Notes: generated from the sequence alone by a model not told the origin. Positions 49,672-58,953 are shown, counted from the first letter of the stretch. The stretch: DNA of 64,000 bases from Candidatus Shapirobacteria bacterium (GCA_037142555.1 JBAXAJ010000001.1:104423-168422), one strand, 5' to 3'. Numbers and translations: made by a program.

Positions 49672-51601
49672 ACAAAAAATAAACTATTTTAAGAAAATAA
49701 AAGAAGGAGCTATCTTTTTAGCTGTTTTAGTAGTCTATTTTATATTCCAAATAATAAAATTTGCCTGTCCTAAAAAAAATGTTTCTGGAGTAATAAGTTG
49801 TCATTTAAAAGTAAATTCATTTTTAAATGGAAAACAAGATGACACAATTTCTAGAACTGATTTAATTGAAATTTCACTTCGTAATTTAAAGTCAAAAAAA
49901 ACCAGAACTATGGTCACAATTGGAGGAATGACTATTGGAATTGCTGCTATCGTCTTTTTAGTTTCACTTGGTTATGGTATTCAACAACTAGTCATAACTC
50001 GGGTTGCCAGACTTGAAGAAATGCGCCAAACCGACGTCACGCCTCAAACTGGTGGAAAACTTAAAATTAATGATAAAACACTCTCTGACTTCAAGGGGAT
50101 TAGTAATGTTGAACTAAGTCTACCTCTTATCTCTGTTGTTGGTCGAGTTAACTACAAAAACTCAGTTTCAGACATGGCTGTTTATGGAGTAACCACTGAT
50201 TATCTTAAACAATCAGCTGTCAAACCAATCTATGGAAAAATTTTTGAGAGTAACCAATTAGCTGCTCAAGTATCAAAAGGAGAAGTTGCTGGAGTTTCCA
50301 CTGAAAACACAGCCACAATTGGCACTGAAATTGGAAATCTAGAATTTAATATTAAACCAGGTGATTGGGTCAGAGTCAGAGAAAGTCCAGATGCAAAATC
50401 AAAATTATTAGGTTACACCCAAAGAAGCGAGGGTAAAAATCAAGGTATGGAAGTTTGGGGAGCATCTTATGTCTCAGATTCTAAAGTTGGAGAAGCCATT
50501 CAAGATCAAAATGGTAAAAATCTTGGGAAATGGATTAAAACTCCAGCTCTAATTTGGCAAAAGAAAGATAATGAATATATCCTTGACCAAGATACCGATG
50601 GGAAGCAAGTTCAGAAAACTGGCTATTTAGCCGAATCAAATGTCACTGTTGAAGCCAAAATTAAAGAATCAAATGTTCTAGGTGTTTCGACTGATGCCAA
50701 AACTTCATTAGCCACAAATTCAGCCTCAGCCTCACTTTCTCTAGTCGAAATTGCTTCAGAATCTGGGGTAGCTGTTTCTGAAAATACAAAGATAGTCGCT
50801 CTTGGTGAATCGGCTAAAAAAGAAGCAGTGATTAACAGAGCTGCCCTTAGTGTTCTAGGTATTAAAGAAAATGAAGCTGTGGGTAAAAAATTCACTACTT
50901 CCTTTGTCGTTGTTGGTGATTTATTAGAAGATCGAACCCAAAAAATTGAATCTATTCCAACTGAATACACTATTATTGGAGTAATTCCTGATGATAAAAC
51001 TCCAGTCTTTTATATTCCTTTTGTCGATCTAAAAACTTTAGGTGTTTCTAATTATTCTCAAATTAAATTAGTGGTTAATAACCAAACTAATCTAGACAAA
51101 ACTAGACGTCAGATTGAAGCCATGGGTTATGTGACTCGATCAGTTGCCGACACTGTCGCCCAAATTAATAGTCTTTTTGCTACTGCCAGAACTATTCTTG
51201 CCTTATTAGGCTTTTTAGCCCTAACAGTTGCTGCTCTAGGAATGTTTAACACCTTAACTGTTTCTCTTCTAGAAAGAACTCGAGAAGTCGGTCTTATGAA
51301 AGCTATGGGAATGAAATCATCTGAAGTCCAAGAACTATTTTTAACTGAATCAATGATTATTGGTCTATCTGGAGGAGTTCTAGGGATTGTTCTAGGTTCT
51401 CTTCTTGGGAAATTAATCGGTCTAATTCTAACCGCTTTTGCTCTTTTCAAAGGTGTTGGTCCAATCGACATTTCCTATGTCCCACCATTTTTCATCTTAA
51501 TCATAATTGGCCTTTCCTTAATTGTTGGTATAGTCACTGGAATATATCCAGCTCGACGAGCTACCAAAATTTCTGCTCTTAACGCTCTTAGATATGAATA
51601 A
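49661..51601 (+). CDS. MacB/FtsX-family ABC permease with a large extracytoplasmic insert
   Basis: RTMVTIGGMTIGIAAIVFL, ERTREVGLMKAMG, YPARRATKISALNALRYE. Confidence 0.9.
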   Translation: MKNKQKINYFKKIKEGAIFLAVLVVYFIFQIIKFACPKKNVSGVISCHLKVNSFLNGKQDDTISRTDLIEISLRNLKSKKTRTMVTIGGMTIGIAAIVFLVSLGYGIQQLVITRVARLEEMRQTDVTPQTGGKLKINDKTLSDFKGISNVELSLPLISVVGRVNYKNSVSDMAVYGVTTDYLKQSAVKPIYGKIFESNQLAAQVSKGEVAGVSTENTATIGTEIGNLEFNIKPGDWVRVRESPDAKSKLLGYTQRSEGKNQGMEVWGASYVSDSKVGEAIQDQNGKNLGKWIKTPALIWQKKDNEYILDQDTDGKQVQKTGYLAESNVTVEAKIKESNVLGVSTDAKTSLATNSASASLSLVEIASESGVAVSENTKIVALGESAKKEAVINRAALSVLGIKENEAVGKKFTTSFVVVGDLLEDRTQKIESIPTEYTIIGVIPDDKTPVFYIPFVDLKTLGVSNYSQIKLVVNNQTNLDKTRRQIEAMGYVTRSVADTVAQINSLFATARTILALLGFLALTVAALGMFNTLTVSLLERTREVGLMKAMGMKSSEVQELFLTESMIIGLSGGVLGIVLGSLLGKLIGLILTAFALFKGVGPIDISYVPPFFILIIIGLSLIVGIVTGIYPARRATKISALNALRYE

Positions 51602-52913
51602 TCCTAAAAAGAAATTAAATGTTTTGATAATTGATGGTGGTGGTCGCGGTTCAGTTTTAGTTGAAAAATATTCTCAAAGTAAATTCGTGAAAAACATTTT
51701 TGCTCTTCCAGGCAATGATTTAATGTCTATTAACACTAAAAAACCAGTAAAAACATATCCAGAATTTAAAAGTACTGACGTCCAAGACATAATTCAAATT
51801 TGTCTTCAAGAAAAAATAGACTTAGTTGATGTTGCTCAAGATAATGCCATTGCGGTGGCTCTAGTTGATGAATTAATTAAAAATAACATCCAAGCTATTG
51901 GCCCAACTAAAGATGCTGGACAAATAGAATGGGACAAATCTTGGTCTCGTGATTTCATGGAAAAATATAAAATTCCGTCTCCTTTCTACAAAGTTTTTAA
52001 TAATAAAGAAGAAGGTTTCAAATTTTTAGATAAAAAAAATGATCAAGCTTGGTTTATAAAAGCTTCTGGTTTAGCCGAAGGTAAAGGAGTAATCCCAGCT
52101 AATAATAATCAAGAAGCCAAAGAAGCTATCAAAAAAATGGCTAATTTTGGAAACAGTGGTGAGACCTATCTTTTAGAAGATTGGTTAATTGGTGAAGAGT
52201 TCTCTGCTTTTGCTGTTGTTGATGGTAAAAATTTCCAAATCTTAGGTTATGCTCAAGACCATAAACGAGTTAATGATTCAGACCAGGGGCCAAATACTGG
52301 CGGCATGGGTTGTGTCAGTAATCCTCTAATTGTCAGTAAAGACATTGAATCTCAAGTTGAAGTGATTTTTAAAAAAACTATTAATGGTTTAGCCAAAGAA
52401 AAAAGACCATATAAGGGGATTTTATATCTTGGTGGGATGGTAGTTGGCAAAAAAGTTTTTATCATCGAATTTAATGCTCGTTGGGGTGATCCAGAAGCTC
52501 AAGTCATAATTCCTAGCATCAAAACCGATTTTATAAAAATAAACAGAGCCATTTTGAAAGGGAGAATCAATAAATTAAAATTAATAATTGATAAAAAAGT
52601 CAGAGTGGTTGTGGCTGGAACTTCCAAAGGTTATCCATCTTCCTACGAAGAAGTAAAAGGTAAACAAATTTTTGGCCTAGAAAAAATGTCAAATTCGAAA
52701 GAAGTTAAATTATATGGAGCTGGAATCAAAGTTAAAGATAATAAATTCTTTGCTAATGGTGGTCGTGTTTTCTATTTAATGGCCCAAGGCAAAGATATTA
52801 TTGAAGCTCGAAAAAAAGTGTACAAAAATTTAGCTCTAATAGACATTGATGGTAATAACCTCCATTTCCGCACCGACATCGGCTGGCGCGACCTCGCCAG
52901 ATTAAATAAATAA
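51594..52913 (+). CDS. purD: Phosphoribosylamine-glycine ligase
   Basis: IKASGLAEGKGV, QDHKRV..GPNTGGMG, EFNARWGDPE, GGRV, FRTDIG. Confidence 0.93.
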   Translation: MNNPKKKLNVLIIDGGGRGSVLVEKYSQSKFVKNIFALPGNDLMSINTKKPVKTYPEFKSTDVQDIIQICLQEKIDLVDVAQDNAIAVALVDELIKNNIQAIGPTKDAGQIEWDKSWSRDFMEKYKIPSPFYKVFNNKEEGFKFLDKKNDQAWFIKASGLAEGKGVIPANNNQEAKEAIKKMANFGNSGETYLLEDWLIGEEFSAFAVVDGKNFQILGYAQDHKRVNDSDQGPNTGGMGCVSNPLIVSKDIESQVEVIFKKTINGLAKEKRPYKGILYLGGMVVGKKVFIIEFNARWGDPEAQVIIPSIKTDFIKINRAILKGRINKLKLIIDKKVRVVVAGTSKGYPSSYEEVKGKQIFGLEKMSNSKEVKLYGAGIKVKDNKFFANGGRVFYLMAQGKDIIEARKKVYKNLALIDIDGNNLHFRTDIGWRDLARLNK

Positions 52914-52949
52914 ACTGACATAGCCACGATTACTTGGTAAAATACACCC

Positions 52950-54020
52950 ATGAAACTATCAATCGGGATTGTCGGTCTTCCTAATGTTGGCAAATCAACT
53001 CTTTTTAATGCTCTTCTTGGTAAACAAGTTGCTGATGCCAGCAACTATCCTTTTTGCACTATCGATCCAAATGTTGGTGTAGTTGAAGTTCCTGATGATA
53101 AATTGCCAGTTCTGGCCGAAATTGTTAAAACTACCAAAATAGTTCCAGCCATTGTCGAATTTGTTGACATTGCTGGTCTAGTCAAAGGTGCTTCTCAAGG
53201 TGAAGGTCTAGGCAACAAATTTTTAACCAACATTCGCGACTGTGATGCCATCTGTCACGTAGTCCGCAATTTTTCTGATAACAACATCATTAAAGAAGGT
53301 TCTGTTGACCCACAAGGCGATTTTGAGGTCATTTGCACCGAATTAATCATCAAAGACCTCGATAGTGTTGATAAATATATAAGCACTAACAAAAATAATC
53401 CAAAAGAAAGCAAAACTAAGAAATTTATTTTTGCTCAAAAACTTAAATCAGAACTAGAACAAGGTCATTTAGCCGTCAACATTTCTCTAGATGATGAGGA
53501 AAAAGATTTAATCAAAGAATTTTTCTTATTAACTGCCAAGCCTTATTTCATAGTCGCTAATGTCGATGAAGATACCTATCAAAACATTGAAAATTGGAAA
53601 TTAAACATTACCAACTGGGAATCTGTCGTTCCGGTTTGTGCCAAAATTGAATTTGAACTTTCTGAACTAGATAAAGAAGAAAAATTAGCCTATTTAAAGG
53701 AATTAGGAGTAGAGAAGTCAGGTCTAGAAAGAGTCATTCAAAAAGCTTACGAAACTCTTGGTCTCCAATCCTACTATACCGCTGGAGTTAAAGAAGCCAG
53801 AGCCTGGACAATCTACAAAGGTGACACCGCTCCAAAAGCTGCCTCAGCAATCCACACTGATTTTGAAAAAGGTTTCATCATGGCCGAGGTTGTTTCTTAT
53901 CAAGATTTCATCGAACATAAAGGTTTATTAGGGGCCAAAGAAGCCGGCAAACTTCGACACGAAGGTCGTGATTACATCATGCGCCCTGACGATGTTGTCG
54001 AATTCAGAATCAATGCTTAA
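52950..54020 (+). CDS. ychF: Redox-regulated ATPase YchF
   Basis: GIVGLPNVGKSTLFNAL, NYPFCTIDPN, DIAGLVKGASQGEGLGNKFL. Confidence 0.97.
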   Translation: MKLSIGIVGLPNVGKSTLFNALLGKQVADASNYPFCTIDPNVGVVEVPDDKLPVLAEIVKTTKIVPAIVEFVDIAGLVKGASQGEGLGNKFLTNIRDCDAICHVVRNFSDNNIIKEGSVDPQGDFEVICTELIIKDLDSVDKYISTNKNNPKESKTKKFIFAQKLKSELEQGHLAVNISLDDEEKDLIKEFFLLTAKPYFIVANVDEDTYQNIENWKLNITNWESVVPVCAKIEFELSELDKEEKLAYLKELGVEKSGLERVIQKAYETLGLQSYYTAGVKEARAWTIYKGDTAPKAASAIHTDFEKGFIMAEVVSYQDFIEHKGLLGAKEAGKLRHEGRDYIMRPDDVVEFRINA

Positions 54021-54927
54021 CAAAATTTTAATTATTTCTGGTCCAACTGCCACCGGCAAAACCGATTTAGCCGTAAAATTGGCAAAAAAATATAAAGGCG
54101 AACTAGTTTCCACCGATTCTTGTCAGATTTATAAAGGTCTTGATATTGGCACCGGCAAAGATCAACCAGATGAAACTCCAATTCATCTAGTCGACATCAT
54201 CACTCCAGACCAAAAATATTCTGTAGCTCAATTCCAAAAAGATGGACTAGAAGCCATCAAAAAGCTTCAATCCCAAAACAAATTACCAGTTTTAGTCGGT
54301 TGCAGTGGCTTTTATCTTGATTCTTTAATCAATCCAAACTATGACACTTTTTCAATTAAACCAAACAAATTTTTAAGATTTATTTTAAAAAGATTATCAG
54401 TCAAAAATCTCCAAACTATCTATAAACTTTTAGATCCAACTAATTTTTCTAAATTAAATAACTCTGACATCAACAACCACTACCGCCTCGGTCGCAAAAT
54501 CGAAATAAAATTAAGTTTTAAGTCTCCCTTGTCAAAGGGAGATTTAGAGGGATTGAACCAAAATATTCTCCACATTTCTCTCACTGCCCCTCTCGATTTT
54601 CTCTATGACCGCATTGATAAACGAGTTCAAAAAAGAATAGACATTGGTTTTTTTGATGAAATTAAAAATTTATTAAAAAGATATAAATGGTCAGATCCAG
54701 GCATGCAAATTGGCGCCTATCAATGTCTAAAACCTTATTTTAATAAAAAAGAAAATTTAGAAGATTGTCTAAAACTTTGGCAATATGCCGAACACAGTGA
54801 TGCCAGACGCCAAAGCACTTATTTCAAATCCAGATATCAAAATAAAGCCTATTTTTTCGACATTACTTCAAAAAATTTCAATACAAAAATTTCTAGTTTA
54901 GTGTCAAAATGGTACAATAAAGCATGA
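54013..54927 (+). CDS. miaA: tRNA dimethylallyltransferase
   Basis: ISGPTATGKT, DSCQIYKGLDIGTGK; ATG at 54013. Confidence 0.9.
   Translation: MLNKILIISGPTATGKTDLAVKLAKKYKGELVSTDSCQIYKGLDIGTGKDQPDETPIHLVDIITPDQKYSVAQFQKDGLEAIKKLQSQNKLPVLVGCSGFYLDSLINPNYDTFSIKPNKFLRFILKRLSVKNLQTIYKLLDPTNFSKLNNSDINNHYRLGRKIEIKLSFKSPLSKGDLEGLNQNILHISLTAPLDFLYDRIDKRVQKRIDIGFFDEIKNLLKRYKWSDPGMQIGAYQCLKPYFNKKENLEDCLKLWQYAEHSDARRQSTYFKSRYQNKAYFFDITSKNFNTKISSLVSKWYNKA
54520..54554. repeat. REP-like palindromic element inside miaA
   Basis: AAGTCTCCCTT-GTCA-AAGGGAGATTT-AGAGGGATT; same core and loop as 12579-12618. Confidence 0.65.
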
Positions 54928-55895
54928 AAACAAATAAAATTGAAATTTCTCAAAAAACCATCATTTTCACTATTTTATTTCTAATTGCTCTTGGCCTACT
55001 TTGGTTAATCAAAGATGTAATTGTCTTGTTTTTTGTTTGTTTTATTTTAATGCAAGCCATAAATCCAGCTGTTGTCCGTTTAGAAAAATTTAAAGTTCCT
55101 AGAATTTTAGGTATAGTCTTAATCTATTTATTAATTTTAATCGCAATTGTTCTTTCTTTTGCTGGAATAATTCCAATTCTAATTGAACAAACAACTGGTC
55201 TAGCTAAAACCCTACCAGATTTAATCAAAAATGCCTCTTTCTTTGGGATTTCCACTGCTGATTTATCTTCACAATTTAAAATTCTAGAAAGTCTTCCAGG
55301 TGGAATTGCCAACACCGCTTTCGCCATTTTATCTAACTTATTTTCTGCCATAGTTATTTTAATGGTCACTTTCTATCTACTCCTAGAAAGAAAAAATATG
55401 GGTGATTATAGTATTAAATATTTTGGTCAAAACACCGGTTCTAAAATCAAAAAAATTATTGATCAACTAGAAATTAGACTAGGTAGCTGGGTCAGTGCTG
55501 AAGTGTTGTTAATGATTATTATCGGGATTCTTTCATTCATTGGGTATTCACTTCTTGGTTTAAAATATGCCGTAGCCTTAGCATTAATTGCTGGGATACT
55601 AGAAATAGTCCCTAATATTGGTCCAATTATCTCAGTGATTTTAGCTTCAATAATTGGTTTCACAGTTTCACCAACCATTGGTCTTTTAACAATTCTAGTT
55701 GGAACTATTGTCCAACAATTAGAGAACAATTTGATTGTCCCAAAAATAATGAAAGAAACTTGTAACATCAGTCCTGTAATAACAATCTTATTACTTATGG
55801 TTGGGGCTAAACTAGGGGGAGTTGTTGGTGCTATTATAGCCGTCCCAATATACATGACAGCTGAAGTCATTTTTAAGACATTAAAAAAACCCTAA
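54924..55895 (+). CDS. AI-2E family transporter
   Basis: Hydrophobic; LEIVPNIGP, QQLENNLIVPKIM, GGVVGAIIAVP. Confidence 0.9.
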   Translation: MKTNKIEISQKTIIFTILFLIALGLLWLIKDVIVLFFVCFILMQAINPAVVRLEKFKVPRILGIVLIYLLILIAIVLSFAGIIPILIEQTTGLAKTLPDLIKNASFFGISTADLSSQFKILESLPGGIANTAFAILSNLFSAIVILMVTFYLLLERKNMGDYSIKYFGQNTGSKIKKIIDQLEIRLGSWVSAEVLLMIIIGILSFIGYSLLGLKYAVALALIAGILEIVPNIGPIISVILASIIGFTVSPTIGLLTILVGTIVQQLENNLIVPKIMKETCNISPVITILLLMVGAKLGGVVGAIIAVPIYMTAEVIFKTLKKP

Positions 55896-56168
55896 AGAAA
55901 CTGATAAGCTGGATTTTGTTTAAGGATCATCTATCTATTCTCTCTACCTGAGGCTCTCAAAAGCTAGATATTAACGCCTCATCTTGAGATTTCCACCAGA
56001 AGGATGCTCGTTTCACTTCAGCCGCCGTAGCCTTCTTGCGAAGGTGGCTAGCTTGCTCGTCTCTGTAGCATTGCCCAAAGCTCACGCCCTGGCCCCTAAG
56101 GACTTCTGTGCTTTTTGTGGTCCAGACTTTCCTCCCCGAAAAATCGGGGTAGACCCTTCAACTTCTTT
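55894..56168 (-). ncRNA. rnpB: RNase P RNA (compact, ~275 nt)
   Basis: Minus strand has GAGGAAAGTCTGG, CTACAGAGA, GTGAAACG, AGATAGATGAT and ACAAAATCCAGCTTA; the termini AAAGAAGTTGA/TCAGTTTCTTT pair as P1. Confidence 0.93.
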
Positions 56169-56187
56169 AAGGTTGATGTATTTTACC

Positions 56188-56217
56188 AAAAAAAACCCCC
56201 CGAAGCTTCGGGAGGTT
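56188..56217 (-). terminator. Terminator of the small minus-strand gene
   Basis: AACCTCCCGAAGCTTCGGGGGG followed by T8 on the minus strand. Confidence 0.8.
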
Positions 56218-56244
56218 AAAAACAAATTTTGTTTTTAATATCAC

Positions 56245-56418
56245 CTATAGCAAAGCTGCATCAGCTGCTGAAAGGATTTTGAACATTTTTGTTCCAGTTT
56301 CTGGATCAATAGTCTCAGCTGCTGGTCGTCCGTTCTTAAGAGTAACTTTCTTGACCTTAGTTACATCGATTTCAACAGTCTTTCTTGATTTTACGTTGTA
56401 AAATTTAATGGTTGTCAT
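56245..56418 (-). CDS. 57-aa basic protein, DUF5679/Cren7-CC1-like (absent from the ORF track)
   Basis: MTTIKFYNVKSRKTVEIDVTKVKKVTLKNGRPAAETIDPETGTKMFKILSAADAALL; strong SD AAGGGGGTGA; own terminator. Confidence 0.8.
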   Translation of the reverse strand: MTTIKFYNVKSRKTVEIDVTKVKKVTLKNGRPAAETIDPETGTKMFKILSAADAALL

Positions 56419-56614
56419 GAAAAATTCACCCCCTTAAAAAAAATTAATAATTTTTAACATTAATATAGAGTTTGAAAATAATATATAACCACAATCACTA
56501 AAACGGCAACGATACTTAAAATTAAGCTTTTAATTAAATCTTTTTTAATAAAATTTACTTCTTTCATTTTTATATGGCCAGTATAGCATAGACTTTTGTT
56601 ACAATAATTTAACG

Positions 56615-56965
56615 ATGAATTTTTTAATCTATCTTTTAATTATTTGTAACTTAATTTGGGTTGCTTATCTAACCTACCTAGTTTATAGAAGAAATAACAA
56701 CAAAAATAAACCAGCAACTTTAGGCACAAAAGAGAACAATCTAAAGCTAACTGTAACACGCTTCAATCCATTTGAGGATGTTGGAGGCGATCAGAGCTTC
56801 ATTTTATGCATCTTGGACACTAACAATTCTGGTGCTATTATTACTTCATTACATAGTCGTGATTTCACTAGGGTTTATGCAAAACCTATCAAAAGTGGAC
56901 AAGGTGACAATATCACTTTATCTAAAGAAGAAAAATCAGCGATATTAAAAACTATTAAAAATTAA
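56615..56965 (+). CDS. DUF4446 family membrane-anchored protein
   Basis: RFNPFEDVGGDQSF, ITSLHSR..RVYAKPI. Confidence 0.8.
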   Translation: MNFLIYLLIICNLIWVAYLTYLVYRRNNNKNKPATLGTKENNLKLTVTRFNPFEDVGGDQSFILCILDTNNSGAIITSLHSRDFTRVYAKPIKSGQGDNITLSKEEKSAILKTIKN

Positions 56966-56972
56966 AAAACAA

Positions 56973-58202
56973 ATGAATAATAAAACTACAAAAATTTTTG
57001 TTTACTCAGGCTTATTTTTATTATTTTCTGGAATTTCATATTTCCTTTTTAATGCTCTAATCCCAGTCTCAATCAGTTCAATCTCTCCAAAGTCCAAAAG
57101 TTCTAAAGTCCAAACTAGTGAAACTGGTGTTTTAAGCTTTTCAGGTAAAAAAACTGAACTTTGTCCTATTAATGGCCAACTTTACACTAAAGAAGAAAAA
57201 GAAATTTGGTCTCAAAGAAGACCTCTAATGGTTATGATCGAAAACCATGAAGATGCCAGGCCTCAATCTGGTCTTCAATCAGCAGACATTGTTTATGAAG
57301 CTGTTGCCGAAGGCGGAATAACTCGTTTTATGGGAGTTTTCTATTGTGGAATTGTTGCTGGCTTTGAAAACAAATATGATGTCGGTCCAGTTCGTTCAGC
57401 CAGAACTTACTTTCTAGATCTTGCTTCTGAATATTCTGATTATCCTCTTTATAATCATGTCGGTGGTGCTAATTGTAGTGCAGCAGATTCAAAAAGTCCT
57501 TGTACTACCAATAAAAAAGCTCAAGCTATAGAACAAATTGCTGATTATGGTTGGAATAGTCAAGGAACTTGGGGTGATTTAAGTCAATTTGCACTATCAT
57601 ATAAAGCTTGTCGTCGTGAACCAGATCGAACTGATGGTGAAAAAGCTACAGAACACACTATGTATTGTTCAACTAAAGAACTCTACAACATTGCTGCCAA
57701 CAGAGGTTTAACCAACATGACTGTTGCTAAAAAGAATACTTGGGATAAAGCTTATAAAGCTTGGACTTTCACTCAAAAAGATCAAGCTTCAACCTCTGCT
57801 CCAACTGTTTCTCTAGACTTTTGGTCTGGATATAAACAATATTCAGTTTCTTGGAAATATGATTCAGTTGCAAATGTTTATGCCCGAAGCAATGGTGGCA
57901 AAGAACATATTGATTTCAACACTAAAAAAGTCATCACTGCTAAAAATATTGTAATTCAATACACAAAAGAAACCAGATCAGTTGATGAACATGCTCACAA
58001 TCTCTACGATGTAATCGGCAGTGGCAATGGTGCTCTCCTTCAAAACGGCAAAAAAAGTGACATCACTTGGTCAAAATCTACCAGAACTTCCAGAACTATA
58101 TTCAAGGATGCTAGTGGTAAGGAAGTCAATTTCGTTCCAGGAAACATCTGGGTTGAAATTTTACCTATAGGTTCAAAAGTTGATTATGAAGGCACAATCT
58201 AG
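56973..58202 (+). CDS. DUF3048 (YerB-like) exported protein
   Basis: RPLMVMIEN..ARPQSGL..ADIVYE..AEGGITRF, GPVRSAR. Confidence 0.85.
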   Translation: MNNKTTKIFVYSGLFLLFSGISYFLFNALIPVSISSISPKSKSSKVQTSETGVLSFSGKKTELCPINGQLYTKEEKEIWSQRRPLMVMIENHEDARPQSGLQSADIVYEAVAEGGITRFMGVFYCGIVAGFENKYDVGPVRSARTYFLDLASEYSDYPLYNHVGGANCSAADSKSPCTTNKKAQAIEQIADYGWNSQGTWGDLSQFALSYKACRREPDRTDGEKATEHTMYCSTKELYNIAANRGLTNMTVAKKNTWDKAYKAWTFTQKDQASTSAPTVSLDFWSGYKQYSVSWKYDSVANVYARSNGGKEHIDFNTKKVITAKNIVIQYTKETRSVDEHAHNLYDVIGSGNGALLQNGKKSDITWSKSTRTSRTIFKDASGKEVNFVPGNIWVEILPIGSKVDYEGTI

Positions 58203-58764
58203 TCTAAAACATCTCTTTGTTTCTCAAACTAGACTGAAATTAATAAATACTCTCTTTTATTTACCAAAAGAAATCTATTATGTTCGTCAACTAGTCAGAC
58301 TTCTAGATGAAGAAATCAATTCAGTCAGACGTGAACTTGATAATCTTAAAAAGGCTGACATTGTTGAATCAGAATGGCGAGGTAACAGACTCTATTATTG
58401 GGCTAATCAAAAAAACCAACTCTTTCACGAGCTTCTAGCCTTAGCTAATAAAACTAGTGGATTGGGAGTTAAACTCCAAGACAAAAACAACGATATAGGC
58501 AAAATTAAGCTATTAATTTACAGTTATAAATTCATAACTTGTGAAAAGAAAAACCCTGATGACATTGATTTAATCATTGTCGGCAATGTTTCCTATAAAG
58601 AAGTAGAAAATAATATAAAACAAGAAGAAGAAATTCGTGGTCATGAAATAAATTACATGATAATGGATAAGAACGAATTCCAAATGCGTAAGCAAAAACG
58701 CGATCAATTTATTGTTGACTTCTTTCTCGACTGTCCTGTTGTTATAATAGGTAGTAATGAGTAA
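58186..58764 (+). CDS. Winged-HTH protein with a C-terminal minimal nucleotidyltransferase-like domain
   Basis: LFVSQTRLKL..YVRQL..INSVRRELDNL wHTH; DDIDLIIVG. Confidence 0.7.
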   Translation: MKAQSSLKHLFVSQTRLKLINTLFYLPKEIYYVRQLVRLLDEEINSVRRELDNLKKADIVESEWRGNRLYYWANQKNQLFHELLALANKTSGLGVKLQDKNNDIGKIKLLIYSYKFITCEKKNPDDIDLIIVGNVSYKEVENNIKQEEEIRGHEINYMIMDKNEFQMRKQKRDQFIVDFFLDCPVVIIGSNE

Positions 58765-58948
58765 AGCAAGAAAAGTAATTAAAACAGGGAACAGTTTAGC
58801 CATAACTATTCCTTCAAAATCAATCAAAGATTTTAATATTAAAGAAGGGGATTTAGTTCAAGCTAAAATAAACAGAAGTAAGGCTTCAATAACCTACGTG
58901 TTTTCTGGTCACCCTCGCCAACTTTCACTAATGGCTCAAAAAAACTAA
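58757..58948 (+). CDS. AbrB/MazE/SpoVT-family DNA-binding protein
   Basis: RKVIKTGNSLAITIP..FNIKEGDLV. Confidence 0.85.
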   Translation: MSKARKVIKTGNSLAITIPSKSIKDFNIKEGDLVQAKINRSKASITYVFSGHPRQLSLMAQKN

Positions 58949-58953
58949 AACTA

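Noticed and set aside
55984-56238. 84-aa plus-strand ORF
   Set aside because: It lies antisense to the RNase P RNA and a terminator
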